From NCBI GenBank assembly GCA_016873595.1, contig VGWZ01000001.1:1-31992 (forward strand): DNA of 31,992 nt, read 5' to 3'. The notes below the pieces were generated by a model, which was given only the letters and a program-made list of their open reading frames with translations, was not told the DNA's origin and made no database searches. A program made the position numbers and the translations under genes. Of this stretch, positions 24,981 through 31,992 are shown piece after piece. Within the stretch, counting starts at the first letter, position 1, and every line of letters begins with the position of its first letter. Source of the DNA: Nitrospira sp. Lineage in GTDB: Bacteria; Nitrospirota; Thermodesulfovibrionia; Thermodesulfovibrionales; SM23-35.

Positions 24981-25618
24981 TGTTTTGTTTCTCGCTTGTT
25001 TTACTTGCCTCCTGTACCACCGTGCGCTATGAATCATATCCAAAGGCAACCCATGCTGTTGCATCATGGTATGGACCTGATTTTCATGGCAGGCCAACAT
25101 CTTCCGGAGAAATATTTAATATGTATGCCTTGACCTGTGCTCACAGAGACTATCCTTTCGGAACAAAGCTAACAGTAACAAATGTTTCAAACAATAAATC
25201 AGTAAACTGTATCGTAAATGACAGGGGACCGTTCGTATCAGAAAGGGATCTGGATTTGTCCTATGGTGCAGCAAAAGAGATCGGCCTCATAGGTCCAGGT
25301 ACTGGAAAAGTGAGGATTGAATATGCAGGGAGAGATACTCAGTATGTGAGAGAAGTGAAATATATTCAAGGAAGCAAGGGGCCGTTTGCACTACAGGTTG
25401 GTTCTTTTAAGGAACTTTCGAATGCTGCCCGGCTCAAGATGGCCCTTGAACTCAAATATAGCAAGGTGTATATCACAGAGGCAGAGATTGATGGGAGCAG
25501 ATACTATAGGGTAAGGATTGGTAAATTCCCTGCAAAAGATGAGGCATCTCGCTTTGCAAAGACCCTTGCGAATGAAGGATACAGTGTCTTGATAACCAGT
25601 TACGATGAGATGATATGA
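24941..25618 (+). CDS. rlpA: Septal-ring lytic transglycosylase RlpA family lipoprotein with SPOR domain
   Basis: LLASC lipobox; ASWYGPDFHGRPTSSGE, TCAHRDYPFGT, VNDRGPFVSERDLDLSYGAA; SPOR FALQVGSF...YYRVRIG. Confidence 0.92.
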   Translation: MNLLSIWYLGFRVLFCFSLVLLASCTTVRYESYPKATHAVASWYGPDFHGRPTSSGEIFNMYALTCAHRDYPFGTKLTVTNVSNNKSVNCIVNDRGPFVSERDLDLSYGAAKEIGLIGPGTGKVRIEYAGRDTQYVREVKYIQGSKGPFALQVGSFKELSNAARLKMALELKYSKVYITEAEIDGSRYYRVRIGKFPAKDEASRFAKTLANEGYSVLITSYDEMI

Positions 25619-25675
25619 ACAGGTTTCCTGATACTTATTGAGAGGGGCTGCACCTCTTTGGTCACTTTTTCGATT

Positions 25676-28324
25676 TTAACTTTGCACTTGTTTCTTTATT
25701 ATATCATATACTGATTCAAGTGCCTCGTCCAGTTTTTCTATATTTCGTGTGCCTCCCTGTGCCATTTCGGGTTTTCCACCGCCTTTACCACCGGCAATTA
25801 TGGAAATACTTGTTACGATCTCTCCTGCATGATATCTGCCTTTCAAATCTTTTGTGACCATACAGACGATAGATGCCTGGCTATCGATAACTGACGAGAC
25901 AACAATAACACCTGATTTAATGCGGTCTCTAATATTATCAGCAAAGAGACGGAGTTCCTCTAAATTAAGTCCGTCCTTTCTTATTTTTACAATTTTTACT
26001 CCATCATGTTCGCGCGCCTCTTGCAATGCCTCAGAAATCATATCTCTGGTAGTACCTGTTTTGAGTTTCTGAATTTCTTTTTCAAGTGACTTCATATCAT
26101 TGAGAAGCTTTTCTACTTTCTCCAATGGTATATCAGTTTTTAATACTACCTTTATTTCGTCTATCTCCATTTTTTTCTGCTTGAGATACTCAAAGGCATA
26201 CTTCCCCGTCAGTGCTTCAATTCTCCTGATACCAGAGGCAACACTCCCTTCTGAGAGAATCACAAACAATCCTATTTCACCTGTTGCCTTACAGTGTGTA
26301 CCACCGCAGAGTTCTTTACTGAAATCTTCAACGTTCACAACCCTTACCGTTTCACCATATTTCTCATTAAATAATGCGACCGCACCTGTCTTCATCGCTT
26401 CATCGATCTTCATTATATCTGTTCTCACAGGTAAGTCTTCGAGTATCTTTTCGTTGACAAGGTCTTCAGTCCTGTTTATTTCTTCATCCTGCATTGCATT
26501 GAAATGGGTAAAATCAAACCTGAGTCTTTCAGGACTGACAACTGATCCTGATTGCTTAATATGGTCACCAAGAACTATACTCAATGCCCTATGGAGTAAG
26601 TGAGTAGCAGTATGGTTTCTCATGATAGCCCTTCTTCTCTCTCCATCAACAATACAGGTAACTTTTTCACCTTTCTTGATTTTCCCTTTCTCAATCTTTA
26701 CGTAATGAACATAAAGATGCAGAACAGGTTTTTTGGTATCAAGAACCTTTATATGTGAGCCATTTGACTCTATAGTTCCTGTGTCGCCTATCTGGCCACC
26801 AGATTCGCCATAAAATGGTGTCCTGTCAAGGATTACCTTACCTTCTTCGCCTTCTATTAACTCGTCTGCTAAATGACCGTTCTTTACTATAGCTGTGATA
26901 ACTGCCTCTGCCTTTAAGTTATCGTATCCTAAAAATTCTGTTTCAACCGTATGTCCACTTGCTTGTCCTTCTAACATTGGTAAAGTTATATCTGCCCCCT
27001 CCGTACTATCTGTCTGTGTTCTTCTTGATCTTTGCCGCTGTAATTCCATCTCTCTCTGGAATCCTTCTTCATCAAATCTTAAACCTGCGTCTATTACCAT
27101 GTCCTTTATTGAATCAGGATGAACGCCACGAGAATCATAAAGCCTAAAAGCCACTTCTCCAGGAAAAATATTTTCACTTTTTTCCTTCAATTTTGAGATT
27201 TCTTCAGCAGTAAGATTCATCCCTATCTCATCAATTCTCATAAATTGTTCTTCTTCCATATTCAGAAGCTTTTTAGTTCTTTCTTTCTCACGGACAATTT
27301 CTGGATATACATCACCCATAGAGTTAGTGACAGAGTCAACTAATGTATACAATGAGGGATCGTGCATATTAAGGATTCTTGCATGTCGTGATGCCCTGCG
27401 GATTATTCTTCGAAGAACATAACCTCTCCCTTCGTTCGATGGTACCACACCCTCGGAAAGGAGAAAGGTAATTGCACGGATGTGGTCTGCAATAACCCTT
27501 ATAGACACGTCTGTCTCTTGTGATGAACCGAATTTTACACCTGAAAGAGTGGAAATATTCTTGATGATTGGTTGAAATAGGTCTGTAACAAAATTGGTCG
27601 TTTTACCTTGTAGAATTGCACTGATTCTTTCAATACCCATGCCTGTGTCTATACTTGGTTTTGGCAGTGGTGTAAGGTTTCCCTTCTCATCCCTGTTAAA
27701 TTGCATAAACACAAGGTTCCAGAGTTCAAGAAACCTATCACATTCACACCCAACAGAACAGTCAGGCCTTCCGCATCCTATATGTGTTCCCTGATCTATT
27801 ATTATCTCGGAACACGGGCCACATGGGCCTGTATCACCCATCTGCCAGAAGTTATCCTTTGGACCAAGCTTTGCGATTCTTTCATCAGGAAGTCCTGTCA
27901 GTTCAGACCAGAGTTTTGCAGCCTCATCATCTTCCTCGTATACAGATACGTAGAGTCTTTCTTTTGGCAATTTAAACCAATCTGTTAAAAGTTCCCACGC
28001 AAAGAGAATTGCGTCCTTCTTAAAATAATCACCAAAGGAAAAATTTCCGAGCATCTCAAAAAATGTATGATGTCTTGCCGTATGTCCTACATTCTCAAGG
28101 TCACTATGTTTTCCTCCTGCCCGCATGCACTTTTGACAAGAGACTGCACGAAGATAAGGACTCCTTTCTTCTCCGAGAAAAAATGTTTTAAACTGAACCA
28201 TTCCTGCATTGACAAACAGAAGGGTAGGGTCATGTCGTGGAATGAGAGGAGCGCCTGGTACAATACTGTGCCCTTTTAATTTAAAGTATTCCAAAAATGC
28301 AGTTCTTATCTCTGAACTCTTCAT
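25676..28324 (-). CDS. alaS: Alanine--tRNA ligase
   Basis: DPTLLFVNAGMVQFK, RHHTFFEMLGNFSFGDYFK, DTGMGIER, NHTATHLLH, ELCGGTH, GGKGGGKPEMAQGG. Confidence 0.98.
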   Translation of the reverse strand: MKSSEIRTAFLEYFKLKGHSIVPGAPLIPRHDPTLLFVNAGMVQFKTFFLGEERSPYLRAVSCQKCMRAGGKHSDLENVGHTARHHTFFEMLGNFSFGDYFKKDAILFAWELLTDWFKLPKERLYVSVYEEDDEAAKLWSELTGLPDERIAKLGPKDNFWQMGDTGPCGPCSEIIIDQGTHIGCGRPDCSVGCECDRFLELWNLVFMQFNRDEKGNLTPLPKPSIDTGMGIERISAILQGKTTNFVTDLFQPIIKNISTLSGVKFGSSQETDVSIRVIADHIRAITFLLSEGVVPSNEGRGYVLRRIIRRASRHARILNMHDPSLYTLVDSVTNSMGDVYPEIVREKERTKKLLNMEEEQFMRIDEIGMNLTAEEISKLKEKSENIFPGEVAFRLYDSRGVHPDSIKDMVIDAGLRFDEEGFQREMELQRQRSRRTQTDSTEGADITLPMLEGQASGHTVETEFLGYDNLKAEAVITAIVKNGHLADELIEGEEGKVILDRTPFYGESGGQIGDTGTIESNGSHIKVLDTKKPVLHLYVHYVKIEKGKIKKGEKVTCIVDGERRRAIMRNHTATHLLHRALSIVLGDHIKQSGSVVSPERLRFDFTHFNAMQDEEINRTEDLVNEKILEDLPVRTDIMKIDEAMKTGAVALFNEKYGETVRVVNVEDFSKELCGGTHCKATGEIGLFVILSEGSVASGIRRIEALTGKYAFEYLKQKKMEIDEIKVVLKTDIPLEKVEKLLNDMKSLEKEIQKLKTGTTRDMISEALQEAREHDGVKIVKIRKDGLNLEELRLFADNIRDRIKSGVIVVSSVIDSQASIVCMVTKDLKGRYHAGEIVTSISIIAGGKGGGKPEMAQGGTRNIEKLDEALESVYDIIKKQVQS

Positions 28325-28381
28325 ATCAATGAGTTGTAGACCAGTTCCCTTTTGGTATCTACCTATGGGTCGAAGGCTTGA

Positions 28382-28693
28382 TTATTTCATATATATGAGT
28401 TTGCCGTCGAAAAATAGAAGAAGTTTTGTCTCAACCACCCCTAATGTGGAGTAAATCCATTCTTCTCTTGTCTTCCCTTCGAATGGTTCAAGAATTTTTA
28501 GGGAATCTGGAGATCCCCATGCGTACCTTACCTGTTGAGGGATCATACCAAGCACAACTTCACCGCTTTTTATGTGTTCCTGGATAGCAGGGGAAAATCC
28601 TTTAATCTCTTCTTCTGAATAGCGTATTGATTTTGTACAGCCTACCTGTGAAAAGAATAGTAAAGCTATGATGAAAACAACAACTTTTTTCAT
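28382..28693 (-). CDS. Small hypothetical lipoprotein (SmpA/OmlA-like fold possible)
   Basis: SQVGC lipobox; LGMIPQQVRYAWGSPD...EEWIY motif; RBS AAGGAGGA. Confidence 0.75.
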   Translation of the reverse strand: MKKVVVFIIALLFFSQVGCTKSIRYSEEEIKGFSPAIQEHIKSGEVVLGMIPQQVRYAWGSPDSLKILEPFEGKTREEWIYSTLGVVETKLLLFFDGKLIYMK

Positions 28694-28695
28694 TT

Positions 28696-29199
28696 TTAGT
28701 CCTCCTTAAAGTTTTTATACCTCATCACTGTCTTTATTGTATCGTAAGAATACCCTTTCCTGAGAAGAAGATTATAAACCCTTCTTTTTACTTTTTCCGG
28801 TGGGTAGTGTTCTAATTTACTGTATTTTTTATCCACAAGTTTTTGAGCATTTTCGATGTCTTTTTTTTCATAAGAGTTAAGCGCCACATCAACAATATGC
28901 TGAGGTATACCTCTATGGAGCATAAATCTCCTTGCTCCATGATAACCAAGTAATTTTATTGTCAGTGCCTCTCTTCTCAGAGAGTCAGCTAATGACATGT
29001 CATCAATGAGACCTATATGCCTGAGGTATTTTATTGCAGAGAAAATCACTGTTTCAGGGAAACCTTTTTTTATCAGCCTTTCTGACAGTTCCTTCTCGCT
29101 TCTTCCTCTGTAACACAGGAGTTTCAAGGCATATTGCCTTGCCTTATCGGCCAAATCTCTCAATGTCCATCTTTTCTTTATCAGTAGGTTTATCAACAA
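28696..29199 (-). CDS. recX: Regulatory protein RecX (true start probably TTG 29163 or 29154)
   Basis: ARQYALKLLCYRGRSEKELSERL...GLIDD...LLRKGYSYD; position between recA and alaS. Confidence 0.85.
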   Translation of the reverse strand: MLINLLIKKRWTLRDLADKARQYALKLLCYRGRSEKELSERLIKKGFPETVIFSAIKYLRHIGLIDDMSLADSLRREALTIKLLGYHGARRFMLHRGIPQHIVDVALNSYEKKDIENAQKLVDKKYSKLEHYPPEKVKRRVYNLLLRKGYSYDTIKTVMRYKNFKED

Positions 29200-30286
29200 A
29201 TGTCAGGTCGCTTGTGGACTGGACTCCCCTTACTCTCAGTGCAAAGTCGTCAGGATTTGTGGCTCTTCTCAGTGCTTCTTCATAGGCTATAAGCCCTGAT
29301 TTGAAAAGATTAAATAAAGATTGGTCAAAAGTTTGCATCCCCCAGTGTATGGCTCCTTGTGCGATTACATCATGAACCAATTTTGTTTTATCTGGATCAA
29401 GGATACAATCTTTTACGGTAACCGTAGCTACAAGAACCTCAACTGCAGGAACCCTGCCTTTCCCATCTACCCTTGGCACAAGCCTCATAGATATAATACC
29501 TTTCAGCACCGATGCAAGCTGTATCCTCACCTGTTTATGTTGATAAGGAGGAAATACAGAGATAATTCTGTTGATTGTCTCTACAGCATCTATTGTATGT
29601 AAAGTACTCAAGACAAGATGACCTGTCTCGGCTGCGACAAGTGCTGTCTGGATAGTTTCAAAATCACGCATCTCACCAACGAGTATTACGTCCGGGTCTT
29701 GCCTCAGAGCCTGTCTCAATGCCTTACTAAATGACTCGGTATCGCTTCCTATCTCCCTCTGGTTAATGATGCTTTTTTTATCTCTGTGGAGATATTCTAT
29801 CGGGTCTTCAATAGTCACAACATGTACTGTCCTGTTCGTATTTATCAGGTCTATCATTGAAGCAAGGGTTGTTGTTTTTCCGCTCCCGGTTGTCCCTGTA
29901 ACAAGGATGAGGCCCATTTGTTCCATAGTAAGTTTCTTAATGACATCAGGGAGAAGTAATTCCTCCATCGAAGGGATTCTGGTAGGGATAACTCTGAAGA
30001 CGATTCCTACGGTCCCCCTCTGTACGAATGCATTACATCTGAACCTTCCGAGACCTGAAACGCTGTAGGCAAGATCTATATCATTTTTCTTTTTGAATAT
30101 ATCCTTCTGTGCAGGTGACATAACAGAAAGAGCGATATTTAATGCATCTTCCTCGCTTACCCTCTTTTCTGAGGTGAGAGGGATAAGCTCTCCGTAAATT
30201 CTCAGTATCGGCGGAGAACCAACCTTAACATGAAGGTCTGAGGCATCTAAAGATCGCGCCTTTTTTAAAAGCTCATTAATTTCCAT
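29144..30286 (-). CDS. pilT: PilT/PilU-family type IV pilus retraction ATPase
   Basis: ASDLHVKVGSPP, GRFRCNAFVQRG, Walker A GTTGSGKTTT, TIEDPIEY, LRQDPDVILVGEMRD, GHLVLSTLHT, GMQTFDQSL. Lacks the AIRNLIRE motif, so this is a PilT paralog. Confidence 0.9.
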   Translation of the reverse strand: MEINELLKKARSLDASDLHVKVGSPPILRIYGELIPLTSEKRVSEEDALNIALSVMSPAQKDIFKKKNDIDLAYSVSGLGRFRCNAFVQRGTVGIVFRVIPTRIPSMEELLLPDVIKKLTMEQMGLILVTGTTGSGKTTTLASMIDLINTNRTVHVVTIEDPIEYLHRDKKSIINQREIGSDTESFSKALRQALRQDPDVILVGEMRDFETIQTALVAAETGHLVLSTLHTIDAVETINRIISVFPPYQHKQVRIQLASVLKGIISMRLVPRVDGKGRVPAVEVLVATVTVKDCILDPDKTKLVHDVIAQGAIHWGMQTFDQSLFNLFKSGLIAYEEALRRATNPDDFALRVRGVQSTSDLTFVDKPTDKEKMDIERFGR

Positions 30287-30288
30287 GA

Positions 30289-31287
30289 TTATCTCCTTAG
30301 GTTATATGAATCAATAATCCTTTTTTCAATTTCCTTTGCAACTTCCCCATTATTTCTCAAGAACTCTTTTGCATTTTCCCGACCCTGACCGATTCTGTTA
30401 CCACCATAACTGTACCACGCTCCTGATTTTTCGATGATGCCTTTTTCAACTCCGAGGTCAACAATTTCTCCAAATCTCGAAATCCCTTCACTGAAATATA
30501 TATCAAACTCAGCCTGTTTGAAAGGAGGGGCAACCTTATTTTTCACTACCTTGACTCTTACCCTTCCACCTATAACTTCCTGATTATCTTTAATATTTTC
30601 TATTCGTCTTATATCGAGCCTCATAGTAGAATAAAACTTTAATGCAGTTCCACCTGTCGTAGTCTCAGGGCTGCCGAACATAACACCTATCTTCATCCTT
30701 ATCTGGTTAATAAATATTACTGTGGTAAGTGATTTTGATATTGCAGCGGCGAGCTTTCTCAGTGCCTGGCTCATCAGCCGTGCCTGGAGACCCGGAAGGG
30801 AGTCACCCATCTCGCCTTCTATCTCTGCCCTTGGTACGAGAGCAGCAACTGAATCTATTGCAATAACATCAATGGCACCGCTCCTCACAAGAGCCTCTGC
30901 AATCTCAAGAGCCTGTTCCCCTGTATCAGGCTGTGAGATAAGGAGATCTTCTATTTTTACGCCGAGTTTTTGTGCATAATTCACATCAAGTGCATGCTCA
31001 GCATCAATAAATGCTGCGTTGCCACCTGACTTCTGTGCTTGTGCAATAGCACATAATGCTAATGTAGTTTTCCCTGAGGCCTCAGGACCGAAAATTTCTA
31101 TAACCCTGCCCCTCGGGTAACCGCTAATCCCTGTTGCAATATCGAGAGTTATTGAGCCAGTAGGTATTATCTGGAGACCTTCGGCAATACCCTCTGCGCC
31201 AAGCCGCATAATAGCACCTTTTCCAAAACTCTTTTCAATCTGCGCTATAGCCATTTCAATTGCCTTAACCCTATCTTTATTCGTCAT
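30289..31287 (-). CDS. recA: Recombinase RecA
   Basis: [66 protein letters not shown]. Confidence 0.99.
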   Translation of the reverse strand: MTNKDRVKAIEMAIAQIEKSFGKGAIMRLGAEGIAEGLQIIPTGSITLDIATGISGYPRGRVIEIFGPEASGKTTLALCAIAQAQKSGGNAAFIDAEHALDVNYAQKLGVKIEDLLISQPDTGEQALEIAEALVRSGAIDVIAIDSVAALVPRAEIEGEMGDSLPGLQARLMSQALRKLAAAISKSLTTVIFINQIRMKIGVMFGSPETTTGGTALKFYSTMRLDIRRIENIKDNQEVIGGRVRVKVVKNKVAPPFKQAEFDIYFSEGISRFGEIVDLGVEKGIIEKSGAWYSYGGNRIGQGRENAKEFLRNNGEVAKEIEKRIIDSYNLRR

Positions 31288-31853
31288 ACTTTCCTCCCCA
31301 ACTGTATCTTATGTAAACAATAATAGTGAGCCCCTGTAGGTTTTAGTTCACTCTGCATCAGTTTTATATCGCTGACCTCTATACTTCCGAAGTCTTTTCC
31401 TGTGAAGTTATCAAGTTCATGAATAAGGTTTGATATTCCTTTTTGAGAGCGTACCCTTCCGAGTGTCAGGTGGGGATGGAAATTCTTGTCTTCCCTTTGA
31501 TAGCCTAATAATGACATAGAGTCTTCAATATCGCCTTGGAGCTTCTTTAATATATCTGACATTTCAACTCCTGCCCAAATCACCTTAGGATATTTATTGT
31601 TTGGAAACATACCCATAGTACATATTTTAATATAAAATGGATCATAAAAGAATGTAATTTTAGTCAAAGATTCAATTATCTTTGGAATCAAACCCTCAGA
31701 CGTATTACCAAGAAACTTAAGTGTAAGATGGAGGTTTTCAGAGTCTACCCACTTCACATCTCCATCGTAATTTTTCAGTACTTCGATAAGCTCACTTATA
31801 ACCCGTTTTATTGGTTCAGATATTTCTATTGCTATAAAACATCTCATGTACAT
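31284..31853 (-). CDS. thpR: RNA 2',3'-cyclic phosphodiesterase (2H family); start ATG 31853 or 31847 rather than 31904
   Basis: [27 protein letters not shown] (two HxT motifs), LMQSEL...GAHY; directly upstream of recA. Confidence 0.93.
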   Translation of the reverse strand: MYMRCFIAIEISEPIKRVISELIEVLKNYDGDVKWVDSENLHLTLKFLGNTSEGLIPKIIESLTKITFFYDPFYIKICTMGMFPNNKYPKVIWAGVEMSDILKKLQGDIEDSMSLLGYQREDKNFHPHLTLGRVRSQKGISNLIHELDNFTGKDFGSIEVSDIKLMQSELKPTGAHYYCLHKIQLGRKV

Positions 31854-31992
31854 AGGATGATTTCTACCTAAATTGAGCGATTCTTTTTTGCTCAGAGTTT
31901 TCATCTACTAAAATTCATCAATCTTATCGTTTTGAGGTAGTACCAACCTCTATAACGGAATTTTTTGAATCAAAAATATTACATTTTGCTTC

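Noticed and set aside
29144-30286. PilT ATPase between recA and recX as a novel association
   Set aside because: recA-pilT-like-recX-alaS order is, to my knowledge, already seen in Geobacter-like genomes; it is ordinary synteny.
1496-31992. Numerous short or antisense ORFs in the track (e.g. 1496-1906, 5067-5447, 8276-8620, 19536-19850, 23847-24368, 26100-26603, 29766-30068, 30722-30979)
   Set aside because: They are shadows of well-supported genes on the opposite strand or frame, with no recognisable motifs or RBS.
31905-31992. 3' end of an upstream gene at the right edge
   Set aside because: Too short to recognise; more than one minus-strand frame is open from the edge.

Overview
The window has two parts. 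(i) From about 368 to 20548 is an AT-rich accessory island with essentially all genes on the + strand. It sits between lemA (20549-21115, -) and a DUF2207-family membrane-protein gene (1-367, -), two genes that are often neighbours elsewhere. The island opens with three translationally coupled genes: an atypical ECF-type sigma factor with a ~105-aa insertion in region 4, a soluble zinc-finger (HxxxCxxC) anti-sigma, and a membrane-anchored caspase-like CHAT protease (intact His/Cys dyad) with an extracytoplasmic lectin-like beta-sandwich. About 20 envelope genes follow: four CsgG/FlgT-fold proteins, five proteins carrying eight zinc-ribbon units, an orphan YidD, a TlpA-PLDc_N-zinc-ribbon fusion, a SurA_N-GspG fusion, OmpA-like, SH3/TPR and M23 proteins, and several lipoproteins. 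I found an exact bipartite motif, TGAAC-N17-CATC, four times in sense orientation in island intergenic DNA (646, 8234, 17137, 18945). It is the likely promoter of the island's own sigma factor. Together these suggest a protease-gated, envelope-sensing ECF regulon (inference). (ii) From 20549 to 31992 is core chromosome: lemA, a glycine-zipper lipoprotein, xerC-hslV-hslU, rlpA, and on the minus strand thpR-recA-pilT-like-recX-lipoprotein-alaS, plus two intergenic palindromic repeat elements. The gene order suggests Nitrospirota/Desulfobacterota-like bacteria (inference). I saw no rRNA, tRNA, CRISPR array, cas gene or transposase. All domain calls come from motif recognition by eye, not database searches.
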